From: Veleropilina oligotropha
Lineage: Eukaryota
Assembly: GCA_048128005.1 (NCBI GenBank)
Contig: JBEUKZ010000025.1
Location: 62,001 to 126,000 of the forward strand
Length of the DNA stretch: 64,000 nt
Reading direction: 5' to 3'
Numbering within the stretch: the stretch's first letter is position 1; each line of letters opens with the position of its first letter. The position numbers and the translations under genes were made by a program. The notes below the pieces were generated by a model. The model worked only from the letters and a program-made list of their open reading frames with translations, was not told the origin of the DNA and did no database searches. Shown one piece after another: positions 25,177 to 38,380 of this stretch.

Positions 25177-27615
25177 CATGGATGAGAATCTTCCGCGGTA
25201 TTCCGCTATTTTTTGGCGCTCAGGGTCGATATTGTGAAACGTCCAAGTCCGATGAGATATTTTTTGGGGGGCGAGGTCTTTATTTTTGAAAATAGTATCA
25301 TAAAAATTACTTCAGTAGTAAAAAGATAATATATATTGATCTTGTATTTTCTTATAAACTACCAACCTTCAGTTCAGATATCAACTGCATTTATTAGCAG
25401 TTATCCGTTTTGACTTGGTACGAACCCGTTCTTAGACGCATTTTTATTCAACACCAAATGTAAATGCCGATTTAAACTCGGAAACGTTAGGATATTTTCG
25501 GGATTTCCGATCCTTTAGTTTTTCGACTCTTGTCGTTTCGTATATTTCCGGGCACCAGGCATTTAACATCGGAAATACCAGAATGGTTTGCACGCTTCAA
25601 TATCGATGGGATAAAAGGTGACGTCGCTCTCAATGTTTAACCAATCACATGGGTTGAATTTTTCAGGGCAAGACCTCTTTGGCCTTGGATTGGTGACAAA
25701 CTTTGGGGGCCCCAAGGCAATTGAGCAGGGCACGGAGGCCAACATTTATTTCAAGAGCAGGGCACCAAGGCCACTTTCAATTGACATAGGGGGGCGCTAA
25801 ATAGGATTTATTTTAATATGTAGTCAAATACATATATTGTATGAACGGCAAAACATTTAATGTTTTGCATTGACTTTATATAAATAAAGATATAAATATG
25901 AAATACAGGTGATATTCCAGTTACATTTATTCATAAATATTAATTTTGTTGCTTAAAAATACATAGCGGCGCTCGCCTGAACAGACAGTGAAAAGTGAGA
26001 GCGAGACCATGCGTCGGCATTCGGTAACGCATGGTAAATCTATCGAACTTGCTTAACGATACATAAATGAACTATCAATGTTATTTACAAAGAAATAATT
26101 ATTTACGTCGACTGTCCTGTTAACGAATTCATTGCTAGCTTCATTCGCGTAGTAATGGTCGAACGAACATGCTGCTATCCTCTCCCACGCAGAAGCGTGA
26201 TTTCGCAATCATACATGTCGTGGAGTATTCTTACTCTTTTCGTTGAAGAGTGCAGCACAGGGAGATAACCCAGTGTACGCGCCGGAAACCGAAAGTACTG
26301 ATAGAATATGAATGTATATTTGAGGACGTTAACTGATTAAATTTGAGTGAAAACCGGTATTAAAGCATACTTTTCGATGTTTCCGTTATCTATGTAAGTA
26401 AAAATATTCTTCAAAGGGGGCGTTTATACTTGTACAATTTGGAGAAGGCCTGCTAATACATAGGAAAGACACTATGGCTATTAGGAAGGGCAATTAAGGC
26501 TATTTATGGCCGTGCACATAGTTCATTTTATGGGGACACCACGGCCAGTAATAAAGGCACCTACGGGCCAAATTCGATCCCTGATCACAGACTTCATTAA
26601 TAACAGCCTAAGCTTGGATATTTTGAGGGAGACGAAGCGATAGTGAAACTAATTGACAAAGATTTTCGAAGCAAATGTCGCTGGTCGTGGCTGGACAAGA
26701 CAGTGACGTTAATAATTATTGTCTAAATCGGAAACAACACGGAAGAAGTTGTTGTAAAATTATCGGATTATATATAGCGAAATGTGACCATCCAGGAAAA
26801 GCGCTTTGCACATACGGCAATGTTTTAAACTACTCTTCTTGCATGCAATGTTAGTCTAATGTATTAATGAGCATGTCGTCTGGCCGTTCGTCCGTCCGGT
26901 TTTTGGTTAGAGTTTCTCAATCATGCATAAGCAACAATATGCATGTTTTAACATTGCCCTAAATAAATAATATTGAAATAATATAATTTAAATTTTACTA
27001 TAAAATGTCAATTTTGAACTTGTATATTTTCGTTAAAGCTTTTGGTTAGAGTTTCTCAAGCATGCTATATGTGCAACAATAGGCATACTTTTGCATCGTT
27101 CTTTGTCATATGTCACTATGTCATTGTCATCTAACCCTCGAGTAGAAATATTGAGAGCAATTTAATTGAAATTTACCCATAAATTACCACTTTTGGACTT
27201 TGAAATCTACTATTGAATGTGAGTGAACACAATATGAAATATAAGTGATTGATGCACATTTTCATGCATGCGATCCATTTCGAGGTTTTGCTCTTTTCTT
27301 TTATAATATTACTTTGGAACCACTCTAGCAGCTTAAATTTTTTTTGATCACGACTCATAAGATGTAACATTGTATAAGAAAATGTTTAGTTCTTCATATT
27401 GTGTCGCTACTAGGGTAATATATGCAGATATGGCAAAATTTCAAGACAAAATTGGCTCTGAAAATGCCTGAAATGATCTCTCCAGCCTTATAGATTTCAA
27501 AAATTTTCCGTGGGGGTGGGGGAAATCCCCCAAACCCCCTCTCGTGCTCTCCCTTGTCGGACCTTCGGCCCTCCATGTTTAGATTTTCAGAAATAACTTT
27601 CCATTCCCATCCCTG
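25177..27615. mobile_element. TIR element, 6-bp TSD, with nested inserts
   Basis: TIRs catggatgagaat / attcccatccctg, TSD CATAAT. A second copy starts at 46567. Confidence 0.75.
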
Positions 27616-27874
27616 CATAATTGCTTGTGATCGCTCTTAGCCTCTAGACAGGTCATTTAACGGAATGTTTTCAAATTTACTATGTGCATTGGTTTGGATG
27701 AGGACACGACACCTAGAAATTTTGGGATTGGTCTGCCCTCCAAGATGGTCGCCGACGAGAGATTCTTCGTGATCGTTCTAGTAAGGCCATTTCTTAACAA
27801 AATGTTTTCAAATTTGGCATGTGTATTGGTTTGGGCGAGGACACAACATATAGAGATTTTGGGTGTGGTCCGAC

Positions 27875-28149
27875 CAGGGTTCTGCCCAGAAAATCATGAG
27901 TGCCGGGTGGTAAATGAAAATGAGTAAAATGTACACCCTAAGTAGAAATATGCTTGAAATATTGAAATCGATAACAATACATTCGGCATCTTTGGTTACA
28001 TTTGCTATATTAAAATGTCCAAATTCACTGTAAATCAAATGCAATAATAAAAGTAATAAAATAAAAATTCTAGGTGGGCGGCAGGTCTCTAGTGCCGGGC
28101 GGCAAGTCATTAGTGCCAGGTACATGCGCCCACCGTGGGCAGAACCCTG
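27875..28149. mobile_element. MITE, 6-bp TSD
   Basis: TIR CAGGGTTCTGCCCA, TSD TCCGAC/TCAGAC. Confidence 0.8.
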
Positions 28150-28332
28150 TCAGACCTCCAAGATGGTCGTTGTGGCCGCCATCTTGGATTTAAAAGCATA
28201 ATTCCTTGTGATGGCTCTAGACCGGTCATTACCGGGGTCACTCGTGACGGACTCGGTGAGCGTTCTAGTTTTTCGTCTGTTTTATTGTCGGTTAGCATGT
28301 TCACTAAACAAATTTTTGTTTTGTTTTTGCAG

Positions 28333-28496
28333 AGGAAGTTGAAAAGTCCCAGAGTGCATATCAAAGTGCTTTTGATCGGGCGAAAGAGAACCTGCCACCA
28401 ACGCACCCCATCCGGCTGGGCCTAGCCTTAAATTTCTCTGTATTTTATTATGAAATTCTAAATACCCCAGAAAAAGCTTGTCATTTAGCAAAAAGT
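28333..28496 (+). CDS. 14-3-3zeta: 14-3-3 coding exon 3
   Basis: ttttgcAG|(E)[60 protein letters not shown]. 164 nt. Confidence 0.96.
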
Positions 28497-28982
28497 GTAA
28501 GTATATTAATCGCCAATGAACAATTTTTACCGCTTGTAGGTGCTATTTGGTTTGTATTGTTAGTCCACTAAATTGGTACGACGTTGGCGGCTCGATTTGA
28601 TGATGTATTGAATGTTTTTCTTCAAAAGCAGTAGCGCGTAATTAACGGAGGATGGAGTAATCATCTGCACCTGCAGTGCTCCTGTTGGATTTAGCGCAAT
28701 GTTTTACCATTACCTCATTTTCAAGGTCAAATGAACGGAGCCACTTGGCCGTTTTGTGTCTTCGGTTTGTGATGTGATATATGATTTGTCAAGACGGTAT
28801 TAATGGATTTCATATTTATTTGGTGGGTAGATGCCTTTTGTTATATCTTGTGGCGATTGCTGACAGAGTTATTGCCCTTGTTTCAATCTTGTTCGGAGTA
28901 ATTTTGCGAATGTACCATTACTGTAGTCTAGATATTGATGGCTTGGTCCTCTCGTTGATAATAATATCCTTGTTACTTGCAG

Positions 28983-29078
28983 GCTTTTGATGATGCAATT
29001 GCAGAGCTAGACACATTACAAGAAGACTCCTACAAGGATAGCACATTGATCATGCAGCTGCTTAGAGATAACCTAACA
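28983..29078 (+). CDS. 14-3-3zeta: 14-3-3 coding exon 4
   Basis: ttgc[40 protein letters not shown]. 96 nt. Confidence 0.97.
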
Positions 29079-31004
29079 GTAAGTGGGGCTGGTCCCTTGA
29101 GTTTTGTATCCCCGAAATATAACATAGTATGGATTAGGCATCGTTCAGCCGCCGCAGAGATTTCTTGTGTGCGCTCTACAGTGAAAGGTTATATTCCGAT
29201 CGATTCAAATTTCATTTGCACTTCAGTTATGATGAGGACGCGCCACGTAACGATTTTCGTCGTTTTTGGATCCAAGATGGCTGCCGTGGTGGCCATTTTG
29301 TTTGGAGAGATTTCCTGTGTGCGCTCTCTTGTAAAAGTTATTATCCGATTTGATTCATAATTGGTAAGCTCGTTCGTTATGATGAGTACATGCCGCCTAA
29401 ACATTTTCGTTGTTTTCGGATACAAGATGGCGGTCATTTTGTTGGACGAGATTTCTTGTGCGCGCTCCACAGTGAAAAGTTATTATCAGATTTCATTCAT
29501 ATTTGGTATGCGCTTTAGTTGTGATGAGCACATGCCGCCTAAATATTTTCGTCGTTTTCGGATCCAAGATGGCGGACATTTTGCTTGATTATATTTCTAG
29601 TGCGTGCTCTACAGTGAAAAGTTTTTATCCGATTTGATTCAAATTTGGTATGCATGTTAGTTATAATGAGGACACACCACCTAACGATTTTTTATCGTTT
29701 TCGGATCCAATATGGCCGCCATGGCGGACATTTTATTTGAAGAGATTTCTTGTGCACGCTCTACAGTAAAAAGTTATTTTCCGATTTGATATGCACGTTG
29801 TGATGAGGACACGCCGCCAAATGATTTCCTATTGTTTTCCGATCCAAGATGGCCGTCGCGGCGGCCATTTTATTTGAAGATATTTCTTGTGCGCGATCTA
29901 CAGTGAATAGTTGTAATCCGATTTGATTCAAATTTGGTGTACATGTTTAGTATGATGAGGACACTGTGCCTATTTATTGTTGCTCCCGTGGGAGGTGATA
30001 CATCCCGCCGAGAGATTCCTCGTGATCGCTCTAGAAAGGCCATTTCTTAACGGAATGTTTCAAATTTGGTATGTGAATTTGTTGGGGCGAGGACACCTAG
30101 AGAATTTGGGTGTGGTCCGACCTCCAACATGGCTGCTGTAGCTTCCATCTTGGATTTTAAAGCATAATTCCTTGTGATCGCTCTAGACTAAGACAGGCCA
30201 TTTCTTAATGGAATGTTTTCAATTGGGTATATGCATTGGTTTGGACGAGAACATGACACCTATAGATTTTGAGTGTTGTCCGACCTCAAAGATGGCCGCC
30301 ACAGCCAGCATAATTCCTTGTGATCGCTCTAGACGGGTCATTGCTTAATCTTTAATGGAATGTTTGCAAATTTCGTATGTGCATTGGTTGTGGCGAAGAC
30401 ACGACACCTATATACTTTGGGTGTGGACTGACCTCCAAGATGGCTGCTGTGGCATCCATCTTGGATTTTAAAGCATAATTCCTTGTGATCACTCTAGACA
30501 GGCTATTTCTTAACGGAATGTTTTCAAATTTGGTATGTGCATTGGTTGGGGCGAGTACACAACACCTAGATATTTTGGGTGTGGTCCGATCTCAAAGATG
30601 GCCACCATAATTGCTTGTGATCACTCTAGACAGGCTATTTCTTAACGGAATGTTTTCAAATTTGGTATGTGCATTGGTTGGGGTGAGGACACGACACCTA
30701 GAGAATTTGGGTGTGGTCTGACCTCCAAGATGGCCGCTGTGGCCCCATCTTGAGCAGTTCCATAGAAATTAGGATATGGATGAATTTTTCTTTTAACAAT
30801 TTGGCATTTTTACTTTAATTTCAAGTTTGATATCTTGTATAATTAAAAAATGTACCTTTATTGAAATTTTTTTCGTGCATGTTACCATGAGTCCTATGCT
30901 CAGAGAATAGCTAAGAATTCAAATTTTCTTGCTTTCATTTAAAAAAAATTATTTAATTATCTGTTATCCTTGAAGTATTTTGTGCTTGAGTTTCCATACT
31001 TTAA

Positions 31005-33096
31005 CTCATTACGTACCAAGCCCGCCTTTTGACGTTGTATTTATGTGCTCCGAGTCCCCAATCACGTCTACAGATGTGCTAAATTCACCCTCTATAATCC
31101 CCAAGCCCGTCAAAAGGCGGGCCCGACGTCGCGTGTTACAAAGTCGCTGATTTGCGACAGACTGTAGCTCTCCATGCAAAAGTGTTATCAGTTGACCAAT
31201 AAAACGATGTCTTTTAAGTCTTGTTTGTCAATTTGTTTTTGTTTTCATTGGCTAGTATAATTTTAGCATATGCAAACCCGCGAAACTGGGTCAAATTTAA
31301 CACCTGGCAGTGACTGGCCAGACAGTGACATCACAACATTACGCACTTTTGTTTACAACTTAGAATGCAGGATCGATGAACACTTGTCAGACTAAAACAG
31401 CTAGATGTCACAGTGTAATATTATATCTATAAAATGTTGATTTAAGATGAATGATAGCTGATATTAATTAGTTTGGTGATGTGTTTAAACATATACCATA
31501 CCGTGTGACGCGAGATGCAACCCAAGCTACGACAAAACGTATATAAAATGTAGTCTAAATTTGCAGCAATAAAATTGTGCCATGAAAGTTAAGCAGTTAT
31601 TATATCGTGACAAATCCATTTTGTTGAATAAAATGAATTATGGAATACTTTAACAAAAATATTGATCCATTACCATAAATAAAAACGAAATTAATGTATC
31701 GGTATTAATTTTAGTTACCCTGTAATATGGCGAAAGCAATACGGCGAATGTACCCAAGTGAGTACATTCGCCGTATTACTTTCGCTTTAGGCCTAGGGTG
31801 AAATGGCAATGTATTTTTTATGCATCGTTTTTACAAGTCCATGCATTCCAAGTTTTACTTGAATATTGTTCGAATAATATATAAATTGTATTTCTAGCAT
31901 GAGGATTAAGCTTTTAAGCATATTATAAATTGGCTTGTCATGCCGCGATCCCGGATACGGGGGTCGTTATTGTGGATTCGAAGACATCGATGTTACATCA
32001 TATACATTATTATTTATATTAAAAATATCATAATAAATATTAATATGTCTACTTAAACATTACTTTAAATCCGAAACAACAATTTTCGAGCGTACAGCAT
32101 CAGAAATCATTGGGGTCAAATCGGGATTCCCTTGTTTTGGCGATAACTAATGCAGCCATTTTGACTGCATCGAATCGTGTTTTCTGGGTCATGCTGATCT
32201 GTTTAAAGGTGCTGGCTTTATATTTGACGATAGAGGTTCTTTTCGACATATTTTTGAACAATTGATAATTTTAAATGCTATTTTAACTTTCTCGGTAATT
32301 ATGTCAACAATATAATAGTTATCCCGACGAAAATACGTGCGTTTATAAATCGGGAATTCGCCGTCGCCCTATTCAGAATGGACAAGTTTTGGAAGTTGGA
32401 ATAAAATGGACCGGTGAGGTGTTTTCATGTTTATTTTACTAAAATTTAGTATATGTAACTATCGCTGTATGTTATTGACATTTGTAGATATTGAAAACGA
32501 TATGAAAATAATTTATTTATTTATTAACACTTTTTCTACAATGTGATTGTGTCAAACTTTTGCGATATTTTAAAACGGCAAACACGCGTGATGTTAACTT
32601 CGAGCCAATGGCTGTATTTACTATTTGCATTCGCAATAGTATTATATGAATATCATGTTAAATTTTCAACTTCACTATTCTTCTAAATTAAATATTCTTT
32701 TTAAAATCATGAAAATACAAGATAAATATATATTGTCAATAAAAAATTGTTGTAAACAAGACTTACCATCGTACAACCATAATAACAACGTATTGCAGAT
32801 TTTATTTGCACTTACAACTAGTAACAGTTAGTATGCACTGATATTAGTCAATTCCAAATAATAAACTTTATTGAAACATGAAAACAGTAACTAAACATAA
32901 ATAAAGTAGTCTTTATTCAGCTTGTACAACACAGAAATGATACATAGCTTTATTCATACAATGTAACTTAATCCAAGTTGATATGAATTATATGCACAAA
33001 GTCAATAATTGACGTCATCTCACACAAGCTCTGGGGATCAGCCTATAAAGACGTCACTAGGGGCGACGTCACAAAATGACGTTTGTACACAATGAG
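31005..33096. mobile_element. piggyBac-like non-autonomous element
   Basis: TTAA on both sides. TIRs ctcattacgtac / gtacacaatgag. Confidence 0.6.
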
Positions 33097-33106
33097 TTAA
33101 GGATAT

Positions 33107-34314
33107 GAGTCACAATTAGCTAAGGCGTTATTTGTGTAGACGGTGTGATCGTGCCCCTCTAAATAAGAATATATTGAAGATATGCAATAAAATTTAATGG
33201 CAAGCATTAATTTAATAATGCAAGAGATAATATAAATAGTATCAGTCAACAAGACTTAACCCTTCAATTAAAGAAAAGAAAAAATATGTTTTATAATGTC
33301 GTTTTTGGCATAGTATTTTGTAACATGCTTGTGCACCTCTTGCATAACTGCCTACGGACGCACATGTCTGTAACCAGTAAAACTGTACCCCCTTTTGACG
33401 CGAAGTATTAATCAAAAGCTTCTTACTAACGTTAATTAATTGCATTTTCAGCATCGTCTTTATAATTAAAAACATTTTTTAAAATGGCCCTTGTGCACGT
33501 TATCGTGTCTGTCAAAATTGAAGCTGTCAATGCGCTGCTGCTTATAATCATATAAGAGTCAGACAATAATCGGTATAGGTATGAACTGAGGTCGAAACCA
33601 GTTTTCTTCATTACATAACTTGTATTTTACCCAGTGTCGTTTTTTTATTATCATTGAACAGTTTTGAAAAAACTCCTACATTTTCTGTCAGGAAATAACG
33701 TGCGAAATTTATGCTAATATCGGGCGGCAAATGAACACTACGTCACATATAATCTTTCAGAAGACTAGATTTCGTCACACTGAGAGGAATACGTAACCAG
33801 TTTGTGTTGAAGACGGCAGTAATGACGACATAAGGCACGATATGAAGTATCCGTCAAAAAAATTAACGTGCGACAATATTAACGTGCGTAAGGTTTCCGT
33901 CAAAATAACATGCGTCTAGACAGGGAAACTTAGCTGATGCAAGGTTATGTCTTGATTTTACGACGTTGTATCGCATACTGAATATGTTATCGTATATTTT
34001 TGTAACTCTTTGTATGGACTCGTTATTCTAGTCAAGATGAAACGCTGTAAATCGAAGGGTTTAGCAAGTATCTCCAACATTCCTCTTTTAAATTGTTCAC
34101 AATAGATTTATTTATCCACTTTTTAAAACATATCCTGTTTTGCTTGAAAGATGAATGCTAAATCATTATTATAAATCATTTTTGCTCAGTTTGCATTTAT
34201 TAATATGGCTTGTTTTCTAGTTTGTGTGGAAGTCGTCATATGTGTCCGTCAAAATAACATGCGTAATTTTGGGCTTCGTGTTACACTTTATGACGCCTTA
34301 GCTAATTTTGACTC
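33107..34314. mobile_element. Sola-like MITE
   Basis: TSD ATAT. TIRs gagtcacaattagctaaggcgt / acgccttagctaattttgactc. Confidence 0.7.
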
Positions 34315-34579
34315 ATATTGTAGTTAAAAGTGGTCTCAATAATGATTTTATGAGAAAATGTAGATTTGATATCCAAAAATGTCATATGTCACGTTAGTCA
34401 CAAAATTTTATCAAAATGTTCTTCAAATTATTAAATTGGGAAGATATTTCTTCGCTGAAATTATTTTATCTTAAAGACTGACCTCAGGAAAGATTCTGCC
34501 ATGAAATTAATGAAAAAAAATAATTGTTTATATAAAACTAGGGGGGTTTGTTTGTCACGTTAGTCACAATAGGAATCAC

Positions 34580-35385
34580 ATTGGTGTAATATGTTTAGAA
34601 ATTGTAGCACTGCTGGATTGCATTAGAGGGTGCACCAATGGTAATTATTCCCTGACCGGTTTCAACCCATATGTGAGTCTTCATCAGAGGGGTGTCGTTG
34701 GTTCCTAATTTGTTCAGCCTTATATACTTTCGCTTGTTGGTGTCACGTGATTACCTCGTAGTCATGGTAATTGGTTAATAGCCGTTTGGTATTAGCCGTG
34801 GTAATAGCCGTTGTGTGTTATTACAATGGTGAAATAGCCGGTCAAAGAAAAACCACTCATCGCCTTTCGATGCAATACCAACCTCAGTGACATTCTGGTG
34901 AGGGCACAATACCCCAGACCGAGGCCCACAAACAACAATACTACCCTCCACAACGAGTGCCAAAATCCCAATTGCAGCAAATGCATTTGGATCTCCAAGG
35001 CCAGACATTTTCACTGTTCACATACCAAGAAAACTTACCGTAAAAAAACGGTAGGAGATTGTTTATCACACAACATCATTTACCTGATCACTTGCAAACT
35101 ATGCAAAGCCCAATACGTGGGCCAAACAAAAGACAATTTAAACACCGCCTAAGCGAACATCTTCGCTATGCCCGCCTCAACAAGGACGAACCCACGGGAA
35201 TACACTTCAACAAACCCAAACACACGTTCAAAGATATGCAATTCGAAATCATCGACCACATATCAGGCGACCCCGAGCACTCCAGTTCCAAAAAACAACG
35301 GAACCTGCGAGAACATTGCTGGATTTTCCAGCTCCATACACTGATACCCGTCGGTCTAAACTGTTTGGATCTAGCCTGAGACTGG
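34580..35385 (+). mobile_element. Penelope-like retroelement 3' fragment (GIY-YIG endonuclease) with inverted terminal segment
   Basis: Peptides PLIAFRCNTNLSDILVRA, NIIYLITCKLCKAQYVGQT, (frameshift) HRLSEH and REHCWIFQLHTLIPVGLN. The segment upstream carries a minus-strand hammerhead. Confidence 0.88.
34650..34691 (-). ncRNA. Minimal type I hammerhead ribozyme
   Basis: Minus strand CCCU CUGAUGA a GACUC acauau GGGUU GAAA CCGG UC^ AGGG. Core intact, stems I and II pair, and a palindromic ACCGGU replaces helix III. Confidence 0.8.
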
Positions 35386-35848
35386 TATCCCCCTTCTTAA
35401 CTTGATGTAATATGTTATTTGATTGGCTCAAAAATACATGCAAATGAGAAATGAGCCAATCAAAGCACACCTTTTATAGATTAAAGATGCAGGATCTACT
35501 TCGATCGCTAAAACGTATTTAAATGCTGTTCTATCTTACACTTTCTGCATTGATTTATTGCATATAGTTAGGATGTTTCAGCGATTACCACACACGGCAA
35601 AAAAAAAATTTGAAACGCAATAATCATTTGTATAGCAAAAGCTGATTAATGCATAGCTTTCTGCACCGCTATACCAGGTAAATCGTACCACGGCAGGGGA
35701 TACATCCCCTCGACTTGCTTGGTCGAGGATTCACAAGTTGCATTTATATATGGAGATAACTGTGTGATAGAAGGGTGTTATCTCTGTCCTGGAACTCCAG
35801 TATTATATGTTGATGTCTTGAATCATTCCATGTTTTTCCGTCTTCCAG

Positions 35849-35899
35849 CTCTGGACCTCGGATACCACAGGAGACGTCGAAGACGGTGGCGATCAGTAG
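35849..35899 (+). CDS. 14-3-3zeta: 14-3-3 last coding exon
   Basis: tcttccAG|LWTSDTTGDVEDGGDQ*. Completes a 252-aa protein. Confidence 0.94.
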   Translation, partial: LWTSDTTGDVEDGGDQ

Positions 35900-37310
35900 A
35901 ATCTGTTTCCTGTTGCAGTCTCCGAGCGTATCTCATTTGGTCATATACTAACAAAAGAATTATGAAATATAACAATCATCATGTACTACACCTGGAGTCT
36001 GGGAGTCGTCAAAAGGAGCGCTGTAAAAGCAGGTCATTTGTCGTCTATATGCGACGGTTTGAAGCGTTGCGGAGACACTTCGACGCAGACGCGTAAATAG
36101 GCTGCCGAACGATTTTATCTGCTACCGTTTAATATTTGGTTCCGCCTTGTCATGTTTGGCGGGATATATGCTGAACAGTTGAGGCGGGCGGCTGGATTGC
36201 ATGTTGTTTTCCGAGCGTTGCCATGCGATATCTTCTGTGCGCTACTACTGATTTGGGTGAAAGGCATTTTAGAGAATATTTATAATAAAACGCAGGATGT
36301 AAGTAAGCGTGACTAATTTTGAAGCTGTCGACAGCAACGTTTGAAAAACTGTTTTAGATGTTTATTATAACTACCGTGTATTACCGTCATATTTTTCAAG
36401 AACAATGGACATCTAATTGAGACTACTTCTATTACCACTACTATTACGCTTTTTTTATGTTATATGTTAATGTTATTTTGTTTATTTTGTACCATAATAG
36501 TTTACGGAATCTTAGACACTAGCTCGCGTGTTTGAACAGTCAATTTCGTAGAGAATAATGATGATAACAAGCGATAATGATACTTTTTAATCCATCGATG
36601 TTTTTTTGTGTAGCCGTATATCATATATGCAGGTTCATAAGCGTAGTCGTCTGTATTTTCTTTCCTTATCTGTTTGTTCGTCTGTCGTGTCATCGACTCG
36701 TTTCTCCCCACGGTACAGGTGCGTGTCTACTCGTCACATTTGGGTGGTATTTTATAAGAAAATCCAAGTACCGAAGCACACCAACACTGCTGCATCAATG
36801 TAACATCATTATTACGTAATATATTGTTAACATTAGAATTTTTGCCCTGTCATGATATGCTGTTTGTTGATTCTATATGCTTCATTTATATCTTTTGAAA
36901 GCTAGATGGTGTGTACGTAATATATATATATTTATATATATGTATGTATGTATAGGCCATATTATTAGTTTATCTTCCACCTAAATGGTCTGTCGTGTTG
37001 CACTAGGCTGCCATTGTTTCATCCAGTAATTTCAATTTAATTGCAAGGGAGGATTTCTTTTGATGCAACCAGCTCGCAGGCGACGAAAAAAGTTGGGACA
37101 CGTTTTCTTGTCGTCTACAAATACATATAATTGTAATCCATGTACTCTTTTCTATCATTGGTGATATAATGGTCTTAATTAAATATTGATAACAAGGTAT
37201 TCTACACCCACATGCTGGGGTTTTATTTACGATACGCTACCTGCTGCTCCTTTCTGATTGCCTGTTACTTTTACCAGTAGATTACAAATAAAGACTCACC
37301 TGTGTATCGA
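35900..37310 (+). other. Probable 14-3-3 3' UTR with candidate poly(A) signals
   Basis: Unique, TE-free sequence after the stop codon. AATAAA at ~36284 and at 37287, the latter followed by a GT-rich tract. Repeats resume at ~37350. Confidence 0.55.
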
Positions 37311-37674
37311 ATGGGGCGTTGTGTTCTTTATCAGGTACCACCGACAACCATGGTGGCATAGCATGGCCGAGTGGATACAGCGCTGGTCTACAAACTGAAG
37401 GCCTTGGTAGACCCTGCAGAATTATGCGATTTGCATATTATTTAGAAGGGGCTGCAAAATCGCAATATTTAGACGTTTGTGCACAATTTATCATTTTGGC
37501 TCGAATGCGAGTGTTATGTAACTTAATGAGCATGTCGTCTGGCCTTTCGTCTGTATGTCCATCCGTCCGGCGTTGAAGTTTTTGGTTTAAATTTCTCGAT
37601 CATGCTATATAAGCAACAAGATGCATGTTTTAACATTTCTATATGCTAGATATCACTATCTCATTGTTATCTAG

Positions 37675-37934
37675 GGCCGCTTCGGTAGCGCAGTGGGTAG
37701 TGTCCACTCTAAATTCACTGGCTTGTTTCCGCTGACGCGAACAGTAGGGGGATCGACCCCCGGCTGAGGCAGCACACATTTGTTCAAGTTACGAAGCACA
37801 GTTGTCCGTGACTGGCCGAAGAGGGCGGGTTTACCCGGCGACCGGGGTTTCCTCCCGCGATAACATGGACATGTCCTGCCTTGAACCTCGATGTTATAAA
37901 CATACAGGACATTAAGCATAATTCCTCCTTCCTC
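37675..37934 (+). mobile_element. tRNA-derived SINE, second copy
   Basis: Homologous to 6198-6453. 13-bp TSD CTCATTGTTATCT, (CCT)n tail. Confidence 0.8.
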
Positions 37935-38380
37935 CTCATTGTTATCTGATGATAAATAAATAATATTGAAGATCATTATGGCCCCACAAACGAAGTTAGG
38001 GGGGGCATATAGGAGTCCGCTTGTTGGTCTGTCTTGCAAATTCCCTTCCGGTCCATATCTCTGATAATATTTCGTCTAGGGATACGAAACGTGATGTGTG
38101 GATGCATCATAACTCTAAAGATGTAGATCACCGCCGCGCGACTTTTCACGCTTGATCGCACTTGGTCCAAATTTCCCTTCAGGTCCATATCTCCCATGCT
38201 ATTGGCCCTAGGGACACCAAACGATGTGGATGCGTCATAACCTCAAGGTGTCGCATACTAAAAGTAGGTCATTGTGACCTACTTTCCGCGCTTGATCGCA
38301 TTCAGTCCAAAATTCCCTTCCGCTCCATATCTCTCATACTATTTGACCGATGGACACGAAACTTTGTGTGCATGCTTCAT

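Larger units (their letters stand above)
24773..28230. mobile_element. HINE-like tandem-repeat element interrupted by MITEs
   Basis: Terminal hairpin atcccccg..cggggggggggat. ~150-bp units continue across the insertions at 25177-27615 and 27875-28149. Confidence 0.6.
29104..35739. mobile_element. HINE-like tandem-repeat elements filling the last 14-3-3 intron
   Basis: Starts tgtatccccg. Arrays at 29155-29970 and 30010-30750. Far end cggcaggggatacatcccctcgacttgcttggtcgaggattcacaagtt. Confidence 0.55.

Noticed and set aside
28590..28640. Possible mutually exclusive duplicate of exon 4 (FDDVL)
   Set aside because: No acceptor AG, an early stop, and no further similarity.
35719..36096. 125-aa ORF
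   Set aside because: Overlaps the last 14-3-3 exon out of frame and has no recognisable homology.
37352..37407. tRNA genes at the A/B-box motifs (also 6400, 45320, 58450)
   Set aside because: No complete cloverleaf. TSDs, tails and shared bodies indicate SINE heads.
37945..37960. Other CTGATGA matches (37945, ~50008, 38377 on the minus strand)
   Set aside because: No stem II, GAAA or cleavage site in hammerhead geometry.
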